Source: an uncultured Bacteroidota bacterium (GTDB lineage: Bacteria > Bacteroidota > Bacteroidia > AKYH767-A > OLB10). From it: a stretch of DNA of 64,000 nt. Position 1 is the first letter of the stretch. Every line of letters starts with the position of its first letter. Position numbers and translations under genes: made by a program. Positions 1 to 10,828 of the stretch are shown in pieces. The stretch covers positions 85,753-149,752 of the forward strand of contig CAADHD010000025.1 in assembly GCA_900696575.1 (NCBI GenBank), in the 5' to 3' direction. The notes beneath the pieces were generated by a model. That model was not told where the DNA came from and searched no databases. It was given only the letters and a program-made list of their open reading frames with translations.

Positions 1-1834
1 CAAAAAAGAAAAACTCGTTAATGAGAAATACAAAGCTGTACGTACCAAAGGACTTGGCAATGCGGTAAACGAAGGGCCACATTTCTTTTTTACCATTGGC
101 GATGTAGGCACTTTTGAAAAAAAACTTGATGAAGCGCAGGCCACAGCAGAAGTTGAAAAAGTACCGGTTGCTTACAACAACAAAGAAGGCAGTTACTGGG
201 ATTTCGTCATAACCTGGCTATTGCTTCCTGCTTTGCTAATTTTCGTTTGGATTCTCATCATGCGAAGAATGAGTGGTGCCGGGCCGGGCAGCCAGATTTT
301 CAACATCGGCAAATCAAGAGCACAGTTATTCGATAAAGACCTCCATGTTAAAGTAACTTTTAATGATGTTGCCGGATTGGAAGAAGCCAAGGTAGAGGTA
401 ATGGAAATTGTTGATTTTTTGAAAAACCCGAAAAAATACACTCAATTGGGCGGTAAAATTCCGAGGGGAGCCCTGTTAGTCGGCCCACCGGGAACAGGTA
501 AAACACTTTTGGCAAAGGCTGTTGCCGGAGAAGCGCAGGTTCCGTTCTTCTCACTTTCCGGTTCCGATTTCGTAGAAATGTTTGTAGGTGTAGGCGCATC
601 GCGTGTCCGCGATTTATTTAAACAGGCCAAAGAAAAAGCTCCCAGCATAATTTTTATAGATGAGATTGATGCCATTGGCCGTGCCCGAGGCAAAGCACCC
701 TCCTTTAGTGCCAACGATGAACGCGAAAGCACACTTAATCAGTTGCTAACCGAAATGGACGGATTCGGCAGCAACAGTGGTGTGATTATTCTTGCCGCCA
801 CTAACCGTGCCGATGTGCTTGACCGTGCCTTGCTTCGCCCCGGTCGCTTCGATCGCCAGATTTATGTGGAACTTCCTGATTTGAACGGCAGAAAAGAAAT
901 TTTTAAAGTACACATCAAACCGCTCAAGCTGGATGATTCTGTTGACATTGATTTTCTTGCCAAACAGACTCCCGGCTTCTCAGGAGCCGACATTGCCAAC
1001 CTTTGCAATGAAGCAGCTTTAATAGCTGCACGCAGAAATAAAACCTCTATCGGTAAACAGGATTTTCTGGATGCTGTTGACCGTATTATCGGAGGATTGG
1101 AGAAGAAAAACAGAATTATCTCCTCGCATGAGAAAAAAGTAATTGCCTATCATGAAGCCGGACATGCATCGGTAAGCTGGCTTCTGGAGCATGCGCATCC
1201 ATTAGTAAAAGTTACCATTGTACCAAGAGGAAATTCGCTTGGTGCGGCCTGGTATCTGCCCGAAGAAAGAAGCATTACTACCAAAGAGCAGATTTATGAT
1301 GAAATGTGTGCTGCTTTGGGAGGACGCGCTTCTGAAGAAGTTACTTTCGGAACTATTTCAACCGGTGCCCTTAGTGATCTTGAAAAAATTACCAAACAGG
1401 CCTATGCTTCCGTTGCCATTTTCGGATTAAATGAAAAACTCGGCAATATCAGTTATTACGATTCATCAGGAAGCCAGGAATTTGCATTTACCAAACCTTA
1501 CAGCGAAAAAACCGCTGAGCTTATTGATGAGGAAGTAGGCAAGTTAATAGACTCTGCTTACAACAAAACAAAAACTCTGTTGTTAAGCAACAAAGAAAAG
1601 CTTGATAAGCTGGCTAACCGATTACTTGAAAAGGAAGTGATTTTCAAAGAAGACCTTGAAGAGATTTTCGGTAAACGCCAGTGGGAAACTCCCGAAGAAA
1701 GAGCAGCACGCGAAGCGCAGGCAACCAAGCAATCCTCCGGTGAAGCAGATACCCTGACGCCACCTCAGAGCAGCAATGGTGCTTCACATCCCCGCGAAAC
1801 TCAGCAAGTAGATCAACCCGAAGAGAATAAATAA
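1..1834 (+). CDS. ftsH: ATP-dependent zinc metalloprotease FtsH (5' end truncated by the window edge; the frame is open from nt 2)
   Basis: Walker A GPPGTGKT, Walker B IIFIDEID, second region of homology (SRH), zinc-binding HEAGHA motif, TM helix at the start of the visible region. The reading frame has no stop back to the window start. Confidence 0.9.
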   Translation, partial: KKEKLVNEKYKAVRTKGLGNAVNEGPHFFFTIGDVGTFEKKLDEAQATAEVEKVPVAYNNKEGSYWDFVITWLLLPALLIFVWILIMRRMSGAGPGSQIFNIGKSRAQLFDKDLHVKVTFNDVAGLEEAKVEVMEIVDFLKNPKKYTQLGGKIPRGALLVGPPGTGKTLLAKAVAGEAQVPFFSLSGSDFVEMFVGVGASRVRDLFKQAKEKAPSIIFIDEIDAIGRARGKAPSFSANDERESTLNQLLTEMDGFGSNSGVIILAATNRADVLDRALLRPGRFDRQIYVELPDLNGRKEIFKVHIKPLKLDDSVDIDFLAKQTPGFSGADIANLCNEAALIAARRNKTSIGKQDFLDAVDRIIGGLEKKNRIISSHEKKVIAYHEAGHASVSWLLEHAHPLVKVTIVPRGNSLGAAWYLPEERSITTKEQIYDEMCAALGGRASEEVTFGTISTGALSDLEKITKQAYASVAIFGLNEKLGNISYYDSSGSQEFAFTKPYSEKTAELIDEEVGKLIDSAYNKTKTLLLSNKEKLDKLANRLLEKEVIFKEDLEEIFGKRQWETPEERAAREAQATKQSSGEADTLTPPQSSNGASHPRETQQVDQPEENK

Positions 1835-1853
1835 ACCGGCCGGATCTTCCATC

Positions 1854-2453
1854 ATGAATGAAAGCAAAACGAGAGATAAAATTTTAAAACGCATCCGGCA
1901 GGCACTTCTTGATAAAGCACCTGATCCGTTTCCCGATGTAAACTTTGCTGCGAAATTAGAAGAGTATGATGAACAGGAATTTCCTGAATTACTCTTTGCA
2001 GAAAATTTTATTTCAGCAGGCGGCCATTTTACTTTTTGTGAAAAGGAGTCGGAACTGAAGGCCTTTCTTCTGTATGTATTGCAGCAATTGAATGCCAAAA
2101 CCATAGTATGCACGCATTCGAAACTTAAAAATTTAACTGATGGAACAAACTCCTTTACAGACACTCCCGACATTTCCATCAGCAGTTGTTTCAGCCTTGC
2201 AGCCTATCCCCCATCCCTGATATTAAGTTCATCTTCCTGCTTTCACCGGGCACCGAATCATATTATAGTGGCGGCAGCACAGGATACTGTTCATGATTTA
2301 AAATCAGGTCTAACCAGAATAAAAGAAGTCGTGCGTTATGGCAATGAAAACAATTTTGAGATTATTTCATTTGCAGAAAGCGGTAATGATGAAAACGCTA
2401 TTGTTTATCCTGCAAAGAATTTTTTTATTGCCATGATTGATTGGAAGCTATGA
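1854..2453 (+). CDS. LUD (lactate-utilisation LutB/LutC-like) domain protein
   Basis: About 200 aa, with N-terminal pattern DKILKRIRQAL and length typical of the LutC/YkgG family. Assigned by similarity recognised by eye only. Confidence 0.45.
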   Translation: MNESKTRDKILKRIRQALLDKAPDPFPDVNFAAKLEEYDEQEFPELLFAENFISAGGHFTFCEKESELKAFLLYVLQQLNAKTIVCTHSKLKNLTDGTNSFTDTPDISISSCFSLAAYPPSLILSSSSCFHRAPNHIIVAAAQDTVHDLKSGLTRIKEVVRYGNENNFEIISFAESGNDENAIVYPAKNFFIAMIDWKL

Positions 2454-2659
2454 CGCAAAACGAATGGATAAAAGTGTACAGCCATCACGAACCGCACAAA
2501 GTGGAAATTGTTAAAGCCGTATTGCTTGATAATAACATTGAATCGGCAGTGATTGATAAACGCGACCGTTCCTATATTTCCATTGGTGAAATGGAATTGT
2601 ATGTAAAACCCGGTGATGATGTACTGGCGCAGGTAATTATCAAGAATAATAACCTATGA
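2441..2659 (+). CDS. small DUF2007-like (putative signal-transducing) protein
   Basis: 72-aa ORF between the LUD gene and cdsA. It overlaps the upstream gene end and overlaps the cdsA start by 4 nt (translational coupling). Confidence 0.4.
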   Translation: MEAMTQNEWIKVYSHHEPHKVEIVKAVLLDNNIESAVIDKRDRSYISIGEMELYVKPGDDVLAQVIIKNNNL

Positions 2660-3480
2660 ATAACCTTAAGAAACGAACGGTTACCGGGGCCTTGTTTGCC
2701 GGAACAATAATAGGCATGACTATAGCAGGACCGATGACATTCGGCATTCTGCTTTTCATCATTTCTGCCTGGAGCATTCTTGAATTTTATTCGCTCTTCA
2801 CCACACGAAACGTATATCCTCAGAAATTTTTCGGTATTGCCATTTCTCAACTGTTTATCATCCTGATGATTTTGGTAGCACGCAATGCAATACCTGTAAA
2901 ATGGCTACTGGTCATGATTCCTCTGCTCTTCAGCGTTTTCATTGCAGAACTTTTCCGTAAACAGGAGCATCCTTTTTTGAACATTGCCATTACCCTTACC
3001 GGTTTGATTTATATTACCATTCCCATCAGCCTTTTCGGATTGATGATTTTTAATGTAAACCTGATTGGCGATTTTAACCGGCATCTGGCTCTGGGCATCT
3101 TCTTTCTTCACTGGGCTAACGATACAGGTGCCTACCTCATTGGCTCACGTTTCGGAAAAAGAAAATTATTCAAACGCCATTCACCTAACAAAACATGGGA
3201 AGGAAGCATTGGCGGTGCGCTGATGGCATTGCTGGTTGCCTATGCATCAGGAAGTTTTTTTACTGAATTGGATATGGTTCACTGGTTAGCAGTTGCGGTT
3301 ATCATTGTAATATCCGGTTCGTTTGGCGATTTGGCAGAAAGCATGCTGAAACGCAGCCTTCAACTGAAAGACACCGGTACTATATTTCCGGGTCATGGTG
3401 GTATGTTAGATCGCTTTGACGGTCTTTTGCTTTCTCTTCCGTTTATCGCTTTCTATTTGTTCTTTTGTCATGTTATCTGA
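2656..3480 (+). CDS. cdsA: phosphatidate cytidylyltransferase
   Basis: Polytopic membrane protein with the C-terminal CdsA signature FGDLAESMLKRSLQLKDTGTIFPGHGGMLDRFDGLL. Confidence 0.85.
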   Translation: MNNLKKRTVTGALFAGTIIGMTIAGPMTFGILLFIISAWSILEFYSLFTTRNVYPQKFFGIAISQLFIILMILVARNAIPVKWLLVMIPLLFSVFIAELFRKQEHPFLNIAITLTGLIYITIPISLFGLMIFNVNLIGDFNRHLALGIFFLHWANDTGAYLIGSRFGKRKLFKRHSPNKTWEGSIGGALMALLVAYASGSFFTELDMVHWLAVAVIIVISGSFGDLAESMLKRSLQLKDTGTIFPGHGGMLDRFDGLLLSLPFIAFYLFFCHVI

Positions 3481-3486
3481 CCTGGA

Positions 3487-5049
3487 ATGAAAACAGCAGA
3501 AAAAGAAAAGCAGTTTGTTACCGATTCTGGAATTGTAATTGAAAGAGTGTATTCAAAACCTTTCTCCCTTAACGAAGAACCCGGAAAGTTTCCTTTTACA
3601 AGAGGCATTCAGCCCGATATGTACCGCGGTAAACTCTGGACTATGCGCCAGTATGCCGGTTTCTCAACAGCTCGTGAGTCTAATAAACGATATCATTACT
3701 TATTAAAACAAGGTACTACAGGATTATCCGTTGCATTCGATCTTCCCACACAAATTGGTTATGACAGCAGCCATCCCCTTTCCGAAGGCGAAGTCGGAAA
3801 ATCTGGCGTTGCCATTGATTCACTACGCGACATGGAAATTCTTTTTGATGGCATAGATCTCGAAAAGATTACCACTTCCATGACCATCAATGCTACCGCT
3901 TCCATCCTGCTTGCTATGTACATTGCCCTTGCCAAAAAACAAGGCGCTGATTTGAATAATATTTCCGGCACTATTCAGAACGATATTCTGAAAGAATATG
4001 CTGCGCGCGGTACTTATATCTATCCGCCTAAGCCTTCCATGCGCATCATCACCGATATTTTTGATTATTGCAGCAACCATGTGCCTAAGTGGAACACCAT
4101 TTCCGTTTCGGGTTATCACATACGCGAAGCAGGTGCAACGGCAGTTCAGGAATTAGCTTTTACCCTGGCTGATGGAAAAGCATATTTAATAGCAGCCATT
4201 GACAAAAGACTTGACATCAATGTTTTTGCACGAAGAATCTCTTTCTTCTTTAATGCGCATAATAACCTATTTGAAGAAGTAGCCAAGTTCAGAGCTGCCA
4301 GACGGATGTGGGCAACTATCACTAAAGAGTTAGGAGCTACCGATCCACGTGCTCAGATGCTGCGCTTTCACACTCAAACGGGAGGCAGTACGCTTACAGC
4401 TCAACAACCACATAATAACATCATACGCATTACCTTACAGGCATTGAGCGCTGTACTGGGCGGTACACAGTCATTACATACCAATGGTTTTGACGAAGCA
4501 CTGGCATTGCCAACCGAAGATGCCGCACGCATTGCCTTGCGCACCCAGCAAATTATTGCTTATGAAAGCGGAGTAACCCAAACCGTGGATCCGCTGGGAG
4601 GATCTTATTTTGTGGAAGAGTTGACTAATCAGGTTGAAAAAGAAGCCTGGAAATATATTCAGCGCATTGATGACATGGGTGGCGCTGTGGCAGCCATTGA
4701 AGCCGGTTATATTCAGAACGAAATTGCTGCCTCTGGCTATGCCTATCAGCGGGCTATTGAATCAGGTGAAAAAATTATTGTCGGGCAAAATAAATTTACC
4801 ATAGACGAGCCGCCTTATGACGATTTGCTGCAGATTGATGACAGCGTAAGAAATGAACAGATTAAAGCTATTGAAAAATTAAAAACAGAGAGAAATAATA
4901 CTGCCGTTTCAGAATCATTGTCTGATTTGAAAAAAGCAGCCGAAGGCAATGATAACCTTATGCCTTTTATTATCCGAGGTGTTGAAGAGTATTGTACGTT
5001 GGGCGAGATTGCCGATACCCTGCGTGAAGTATTCGGTGAGTTTAAATAA
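3487..5049 (+). CDS. methylmalonyl-CoA mutase family protein, substrate-binding (TIM-barrel) subunit without a B12-binding domain
   Basis: Motifs [25 protein letters not shown] and [11 protein letters not shown] are typical of the MCM/ICM large-subunit N-terminal barrel. Its 520-aa length ends before the cobalamin-binding domain. Confidence 0.8.
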   Translation: MKTAEKEKQFVTDSGIVIERVYSKPFSLNEEPGKFPFTRGIQPDMYRGKLWTMRQYAGFSTARESNKRYHYLLKQGTTGLSVAFDLPTQIGYDSSHPLSEGEVGKSGVAIDSLRDMEILFDGIDLEKITTSMTINATASILLAMYIALAKKQGADLNNISGTIQNDILKEYAARGTYIYPPKPSMRIITDIFDYCSNHVPKWNTISVSGYHIREAGATAVQELAFTLADGKAYLIAAIDKRLDINVFARRISFFFNAHNNLFEEVAKFRAARRMWATITKELGATDPRAQMLRFHTQTGGSTLTAQQPHNNIIRITLQALSAVLGGTQSLHTNGFDEALALPTEDAARIALRTQQIIAYESGVTQTVDPLGGSYFVEELTNQVEKEAWKYIQRIDDMGGAVAAIEAGYIQNEIAASGYAYQRAIESGEKIIVGQNKFTIDEPPYDDLLQIDDSVRNEQIKAIEKLKTERNNTAVSESLSDLKKAAEGNDNLMPFIIRGVEEYCTLGEIADTLREVFGEFK

Positions 5050-5103
5050 GCACAAGACTTACCTTGGCACCTATCGGCAAAGTATGCCCTGAAAATTTTT
5101 TTT

Positions 5104-5460
5104 TCATTTTTTCTTTTCCTGCTTTACTCCGAACTCATGCATCAGTTCAAGCCCATAATTTCTTATTTGTTCAACAAGCCTGATAGCTTTCTTGCCGCGC
5201 GGGGTGATTCTGTATTCGACACGAGGAGGCACTTCGGCAAAAACTTTGCGGGAAATAAATCCTTCTGCTTCGAGTTCTTTCAGTTGTGAAGCCAGCATTT
5301 TATCGGTAATTCGCGGAATGTCTTTTTTCAATTCTCCATAGCGCATTACCTTCTCCTTTAATCGCCATAAAATAGGCATCTTCCATGTGCCGCCAATTCT
5401 GTCCATAGCAAACTCAACAGGATTGTAGTACAGTTTATTCTTGTAAATGAACTCTGGCAT
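5104..5460 (-). CDS. HxlR-family winged-helix transcriptional regulator
   Basis: 118 aa, with WKMPILWRL...YGELKKDIPRITDKMLASQLKELEAEGFISR, typical of HxlR/YtcD-type regulators. Confidence 0.8.
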   Translation of the reverse strand: MPEFIYKNKLYYNPVEFAMDRIGGTWKMPILWRLKEKVMRYGELKKDIPRITDKMLASQLKELEAEGFISRKVFAEVPPRVEYRITPRGKKAIRLVEQIRNYGLELMHEFGVKQEKKK

Positions 5461-5516
5461 ATTCGTTTTGAATTACTTTCCTAAAAGTGAGCAAATGTGA
5501 AAATTGATAGTATTAT

Positions 5517-5547
5517 GGCAAAAGTAGTTAGCTATGTCACTTTTGCC
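5517..5547. promoter_or_regulatory. perfect 9-bp inverted repeat GGCAAAAGT-N13-ACTTTTGCC in the divergent intergenic region (candidate HxlR operator)
   Basis: Read directly from the sequence. It lies 18 nt upstream of the DJ-1-family gene start and about 57 nt upstream of the divergent HxlR gene start. Confidence 0.35.
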
Positions 5548-5564
5548 CAATAAAAAAATTAAAT

Positions 5565-6383
5565 ATGAAAAAACTGATTCTCTCCTTAAGCACACTGCTT
5601 TTCTTGAATTTTATCCATGCTTCTGCCAGCAATCATGATCAGAAATCTAAAGGTAAAATTTTAATGATTGCCGCCAATCCATCTGTTTCATCCATTACGG
5701 GATGGCCGATCGGATGCTGGGCGGCTGAACTCACTCACCCCTTCTGGGAGTTTACCCATGCCGGTTATGAAGTAATGATTGTAAGTCCGTCAGGAGGAAA
5801 ACTGGAGTTTGACAGCTACAGTAATCCATTGGATGAAAGTGGTTATTCGGCACACGACCTTATTTCATTAGGTTGGATACACTCTAAGAAACACATGACC
5901 TTGATTGAAAACACACCTAAACTTTCTGATATTAATCCTGATGAATATGCAGCCATTTTTGTGGTGGGTGGCCAAAGCCCGATGTTTACTTTCAGACACA
6001 ATAAACACTTAACCGACTTTATCGTTAAATTTTATCAGACCGGAAAGCCAACAGCCTTGGTTTGTCACAGTACCTGTATTCTTCTGGATGCAAAACTTCC
6101 AAATGGAAAGTATCTTGTAGAAGGAAAAAAATGGACAGGGTTTGCCAACAGCGAAGAGCAGTTTGCCGATAATTTTGTAGGTAAAAGAATTCAGCCTTTT
6201 TGGATAGAAGACGAAGCCAAAAAAATTCCGAACACAAAATTTTTGGTTAAAGAAGCATTCACTCCTTTTGCTATTGCCGATGGAAACCTGATAACCGGAC
6301 AGCAGCAGAACAGCGGAACAGAGGCCGCCAGATTTCTGATTAATCAACTTGCCCAAAACGCCAAAGTACCCGCGAAAAAATGA
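5565..6383 (+). CDS. secreted DJ-1/PfpI (type 1 glutamine amidotransferase-like) family protein
   Basis: N-terminal signal peptide, and a nucleophile-elbow region ALVCHST typical of the DJ-1/ThiJ/PfpI fold. Confidence 0.7.
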   Translation: MKKLILSLSTLLFLNFIHASASNHDQKSKGKILMIAANPSVSSITGWPIGCWAAELTHPFWEFTHAGYEVMIVSPSGGKLEFDSYSNPLDESGYSAHDLISLGWIHSKKHMTLIENTPKLSDINPDEYAAIFVVGGQSPMFTFRHNKHLTDFIVKFYQTGKPTALVCHSTCILLDAKLPNGKYLVEGKKWTGFANSEEQFADNFVGKRIQPFWIEDEAKKIPNTKFLVKEAFTPFAIADGNLITGQQQNSGTEAARFLINQLAQNAKVPAKK

Positions 6384-7039
6384 TTCGATACTCCGGATCA
6401 TTCTGTTTTTGTCTGCTGATGTTTGTACTCTCCACAAAAGCTCAATTACCATTTGAAGTATTCACCGGACACAGGCGCACAACGGCTGACCTGATGTTTT
6501 TCAAATATATCAAACACAAAGAAGGCAGTTCCCCGTTTTTATTCTTCAATAGAAACAGGGCTTCTGTTGACTACAGGCAAACATCCGTTCAGTACATGCC
6601 TCAGTTTGGATTTACGGAAGCCTTATCTTACAATCATAAATCATTAAAAGGTTTTGCCCCGGTTGTTTTGATTCAGATACTAAACAACGGCACATTTCCA
6701 AAAGCAGGAATTCAAAAAGCTGCCACAAAAAAAGATTTTCTCTTCTTTTCATGGTTGGTAACTAATCTAAGAAAAAATCCGGGTATTGACTGGTTTCTGT
6801 TGATGCGATTTACTCCGAAAATCACAGAGAAAACTAAAATTTTCCTGCAGGCAGAAACCATTCATACTTATCCTGATTTAAAATTTAAAACACCGAATAG
6901 TACCTTACGGGCAAGAGCAGGATTGCAATGGCAGCGATTTCAAACAGGGGCCGGATGCGATCAGATACTTTCAGGCAAATCTGTCTCTCATCGCAATAAC
7001 ACAGGTATTTTTGTGAGATATAATTTCAACGGAAACTGA
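6380..7039 (+). CDS. hypothetical secreted protein
   Basis: Signal-peptide-like N-terminus (FCFCLLMFVLSTKAQ). It overlaps the upstream stop by 4 nt. No motif recognised. Confidence 0.4.
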   Translation: MIRYSGSFCFCLLMFVLSTKAQLPFEVFTGHRRTTADLMFFKYIKHKEGSSPFLFFNRNRASVDYRQTSVQYMPQFGFTEALSYNHKSLKGFAPVVLIQILNNGTFPKAGIQKAATKKDFLFFSWLVTNLRKNPGIDWFLLMRFTPKITEKTKIFLQAETIHTYPDLKFKTPNSTLRARAGLQWQRFQTGAGCDQILSGKSVSHRNNTGIFVRYNFNGN

Positions 7040-7044
7040 TCACT

Positions 7045-7665
7045 ATGAAAATTGCCATTATCGGAAGCGGAAACGTTGGCGGGGCATTAGCCCAAAGCTT
7101 AATCAAAGCAGGACACACAGTGATTGTCGGAATACGGTTTCCGGCCAGCAGAAAGTCTGTTGAACTGATGGCTAAAATCGGTGAGGACAGATTTACGGAT
7201 TGGAAATCGGCCGTTAAGCAATGCGAAACCGTCATTGTTACAACGCCTCCCGATTCAATTATTGATTTGCTGGACGGAATAAAAAGATTGAACCTGAGCG
7301 ACAAAATTTTTATTGATGCATCAAACAGCATAACAAAAAAGCCGGAAGGATTTGCTACTGCATACCATGCCATCAAGGCAGCCGGAATTGATCATGTGGC
7401 GAAATGTTTTAATACAACAGGTTTTGAAAATATGCTGAACCCGGTTTATCAGGATAGTGCGGCCGATATGTTTTGTGCGGGAAACAGCGAAAGAGCTAAA
7501 AAAACAGCCATGAAATTGTCTTCGGATATCGGATTCGGCAAATGCTACGATTTTGGCGGAGACGACAAAGCAGAACTACTGGAGCAACTTGCTTTTTGCT
7601 GGATAAATCTGGCTTTCATGCAAAAAGAAGGAAGACACATTGCTTTTAAAATACTGAGAAAATAA
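7045..7665 (+). CDS. NAD(P)-binding oxidoreductase (NADPH-dependent F420 reductase / pyrroline-5-carboxylate reductase-like)
   Basis: N-terminal Rossmann motif MKIAIIGSGNVGGALA; 206 aa. Confidence 0.65.
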   Translation: MKIAIIGSGNVGGALAQSLIKAGHTVIVGIRFPASRKSVELMAKIGEDRFTDWKSAVKQCETVIVTTPPDSIIDLLDGIKRLNLSDKIFIDASNSITKKPEGFATAYHAIKAAGIDHVAKCFNTTGFENMLNPVYQDSAADMFCAGNSERAKKTAMKLSSDIGFGKCYDFGGDDKAELLEQLAFCWINLAFMQKEGRHIAFKILRK

Positions 7666-7670
7666 ACCTG

Positions 7671-8468
7671 TTATTTTACCACAAACCACTCATTCAGCAA
7701 ATCAGGTTTGTTGTATTGCATAAGCTTTCCGGAATGATAATTTAAAACTGCTTTTCCGGCATACATCACCACAGCCTGACCGGCAGCCGTATCCCATTCC
7801 ATAGTGGGAGCCAGGCGAGGATAAACATCAGCAGCACCTTCGGCTACCAGACAAAGTTTTAACGAACTGCCCGATGATTTGAATTCTATGTCTCCATGTT
7901 CATTTTTCAAATCATCAATAAATTTTTCTGTTTCAGAAGAGAGATGTGACCGGCTGGCTACTACCGTAAACTTTCGTCCGTTCTGATTGATGGGCAGGCT
8001 AACGGCTGAACGGATGATATCCTCTGCATTTATTTCCCCGCCCTGATTCCACTCTGCTTTAAAACTGCCTTTAGATTTTTCTCCGAAGTAAATTTTATTC
8101 AATGCCGGAGCATACACCACTCCCAATACCGGAATTTGATTTTCGACAAGTGCGATATTCACTGTAAATTCTCCGTTTCGTTTAATAAACTCTTTGGTAC
8201 CGTCCAACGGATCAACCATCCAGAACGGATTCCAGTTTTTTCTCTCTTCAAAGGGAATGGTTTTGCCTTCTTCGCTCAGAACAGGAAAATAATTTTTGAG
8301 TCTTTCCTGAATTACTTTATGTGAGCTTTTGTCGGCTTCGGTTAATGGTGAGCTGTCATTTTTAAATTCAACATGAAAGCCGGCATTGTAAACCTGCAAT
8401 ATTTCATGACCTGCTTTAAGAGCGGTATCAATTACTTCAGCAAGCAGATGATGGTAACCTTCACTCAT
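7671..8468 (-). CDS. cysQ: 3'(2'),5'-bisphosphate nucleotidase
   Basis: Inositol-monophosphatase-fold motifs (EEGK, WMVDPLDGTKEF). It is the last gene of the cys operon and overlaps cysN by 4 nt. Confidence 0.85.
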   Translation of the reverse strand: MSEGYHHLLAEVIDTALKAGHEILQVYNAGFHVEFKNDSSPLTEADKSSHKVIQERLKNYFPVLSEEGKTIPFEERKNWNPFWMVDPLDGTKEFIKRNGEFTVNIALVENQIPVLGVVYAPALNKIYFGEKSKGSFKAEWNQGGEINAEDIIRSAVSLPINQNGRKFTVVASRSHLSSETEKFIDDLKNEHGDIEFKSSGSSLKLCLVAEGAADVYPRLAPTMEWDTAAGQAVVMYAGKAVLNYHSGKLMQYNKPDLLNEWFVVK

Positions 8469-9754
8469 ATAATCATACCGGCTGCTACGGTTTCATTGGT
8501 TCCTTCGTCAATAAGAATCACGCTTCCGGTTATTCTGTTTTTGCGGTAACTGTCATAAAAAAGAGGAACCGTAGTACGAATCAGGATTCTGCCAATGTCG
8601 TTCATACCGATTTCTTTGTCCTGTTCATTGCGGTGAAGCGAATTAATATCTACTTTATAACGCACATCTTTAATAATGCAGCGGGCTTCTTTGGTGGTAT
8701 GCCTGATAGCATACTTTCCGTTGGGAACAAGTTTCTTATCATTCATCCAGCAAACCATCATGTCAATATCCTGGCCAACGGTTGGTGTATTATTCTCACG
8801 TACAATCATATCGCCTCTGCTGATATCTACATCCGTATCGAGGGTGATGGTAACACTTTGCGGTGAGAATGCTTCGTCAAGCGCTTCGAGTTCACCGTGT
8901 TCAACCTGATGAATGGCTGTAATCTGAGCGGCAAAACCCGATGGCAATACTTTTACCTTATCGCCCGGTTTAAATACCCCGCTGGCAATACGGCCGGCAT
9001 AGCCTCTGTAATCATGAAACTCCTTTTGCTGCGGCCGGATAACATACTGAACCGGAAAGCGGCAGTCAATATGGTTTTCATCACCGGTAATATGAACATG
9101 CTCTAACAAATAAAGCAAGGTAGGGCCCTGATACCAGTCCATGTTCTGCGAGCGTTCAACTACATTATCTCCATTTAAAGCACTGATAGGTATGAAGTGT
9201 ACATCTTTTACATCCAGTTTTGAGGATAGCTTTTTATACTCCTGAACAATTCCTTCAAAAACCACTTCACTGTATTCAACCAGATCCATTTTGTTGATGC
9301 AGACAATGATATGCGGAATACCAAGCAGTGAAGCAATGAATGAATGACGGTTGGTTTGCTCAACCACGCCTTTTCGTGCATCAATCAGTATAATGGCAAG
9401 GTTGGCAGTGGAAGCACCTGTTACCATATTGCGCGTGTACTGAATATGGCCTGGCGTATCGGCAATGATGAATTTCCTTTTAGGAGTAGCAAAATACCGG
9501 TAAGCCACATCAATAGTGATTCCCTGTTCGCGCTCGGCTTTTAATCCATCGGTTACTAAAGAGAGGTCAACGTGACTGAATCCTTTGCGCCTGCTGGTTT
9601 GTTCAACCGCTTCAAGCTGATCTTCAAAAATGGCTTTGCAGTCTAAAAGTAAACGTCCAATCAATGTGCTTTTGCCATCATCCACGCTGCCTGCCGTTGT
9701 AAAGCGCAGCAGTTCCATGTTTAAATAAGATTCCTGATTAAACGGGGGGGACAT
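8465..9754 (-). CDS. cysN: sulfate adenylyltransferase subunit 1 (GTPase)
   Basis: GTPase motifs GSVDDGKST, DTPGH and NKMD, plus an EF-Tu-like domain II. Confidence 0.9.
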   Translation of the reverse strand: MSPPFNQESYLNMELLRFTTAGSVDDGKSTLIGRLLLDCKAIFEDQLEAVEQTSRRKGFSHVDLSLVTDGLKAEREQGITIDVAYRYFATPKRKFIIADTPGHIQYTRNMVTGASTANLAIILIDARKGVVEQTNRHSFIASLLGIPHIIVCINKMDLVEYSEVVFEGIVQEYKKLSSKLDVKDVHFIPISALNGDNVVERSQNMDWYQGPTLLYLLEHVHITGDENHIDCRFPVQYVIRPQQKEFHDYRGYAGRIASGVFKPGDKVKVLPSGFAAQITAIHQVEHGELEALDEAFSPQSVTITLDTDVDISRGDMIVRENNTPTVGQDIDMMVCWMNDKKLVPNGKYAIRHTTKEARCIIKDVRYKVDINSLHRNEQDKEIGMNDIGRILIRTTVPLFYDSYRKNRITGSVILIDEGTNETVAAGMII

Positions 9755-9898
9755 ATTTTTTTTGAGTTAAAACTTATCTGGTGAGTGGTGTGCTTTGTTC
9801 GAAATAAGAATGATAGTTCTGAACGGGGTTTTTAGAGTCAGGAACTTTTAGTCAGTCATTTTTTATCTTCCATCTAAATACTCTGTACTGAGAACTGC

Positions 9899-10828
9899 CT
9901 AAAAATACCCGGCTTTCTTCCTGTCTTCCATGGCTGTTTCGGAGCGTTTGTCATCTGCCCGTGTTCCGCGTTCGGTAACACGGCTGGCAGCTACTTCAAT
10001 GATAATATCATCAATACTTGCAGCCGGTGAAAGTACAGCGCCAGTGCAGGTCATATCGCCAATAGTACGAAAGCGGACTCTCATGCGCTGCGGCTTTTCA
10101 TCTTCGCGCAGATACAGATAATCAGACTTTGCAAGAATCATATTGCCACGCGAAATGCAATCGCGTTCATGGGAAAAATAAAGATTTGGAAGTTCAATTT
10201 TTTCCATGGCAATGTATTGCCAGATGTCAAGTTCTGTCCAGTTACTTAATGGAAAAATTCTAAAATGCTCACCTGCATGTCTTCGTGCATTGAACAGATA
10301 CCACAATTCGGGCCGTTGGTTCTTCGGATCCCATTGGCTGAACTCATCACGATGAGAAAAAAAGCGCTCTTTAGCTCTGGCTTTTTCTTCGTCTCTTCGG
10401 GCTCCGCCCAAAGCAGCATCCACTTTTAATTCTTCAAGTGCATCGAGCAACGTAACGGTTTGCAAAAGATTACGGCTGGCATTCGGGCCTTTTTCTTCGG
10501 TAGCACGGCCTTTATCAATACTGTCTTGCACAAAGCGTACTTCAAGCCGTACACCTAATTTGTTCACCAGGTTATCGCGATACTCTATCGTCTCAGGAAA
10601 GTTGTGGCCGGTATCAATGTGAAGCAACGGAAACGGAATACGTGCCGGGTAAAAAGCTTTATAGGCAAGATGCGTCATTACAATGCTGTCTTTTCCGCCT
10701 GAAAAAAGCAGTACAGGATGTTCAAACTGGGCTGCCGCTTCTCTTATTACGAATATGGCTTCTGATTCCAACTGATGCAAATGGCTCAGGTGATAGTAGT
10801 GCATGTTATCTGATCTGTAACGTAACAT
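9899..10828 (-). CDS. cysD: sulfate adenylyltransferase subunit 2
   Basis: PAPS-reductase-fold PP-loop SGGKDS and the conserved CysD C-terminus. Confidence 0.9.
   Translation of the reverse strand: MLRYRSDNMHYYHLSHLHQLESEAIFVIREAAAQFEHPVLLFSGGKDSIVMTHLAYKAFYPARIPFPLLHIDTGHNFPETIEYRDNLVNKLGVRLEVRFVQDSIDKGRATEEKGPNASRNLLQTVTLLDALEELKVDAALGGARRDEEKARAKERFFSHRDEFSQWDPKNQRPELWYLFNARRHAGEHFRIFPLSNWTELDIWQYIAMEKIELPNLYFSHERDCISRGNMILAKSDYLYLREDEKPQRMRVRFRTIGDMTCTGAVLSPAASIDDIIIEVAASRVTERGTRADDKRSETAMEDRKKAGYF

Noticed and set aside
5050-5103. A possible terminator between the convergent mutase and HxlR genes (GGCA-N5-TGCC followed by a T9 run)
   Set aside because: The stem is only 4 bp. The long T-run is suggestive, but the hairpin is too weak to call without folding energies.
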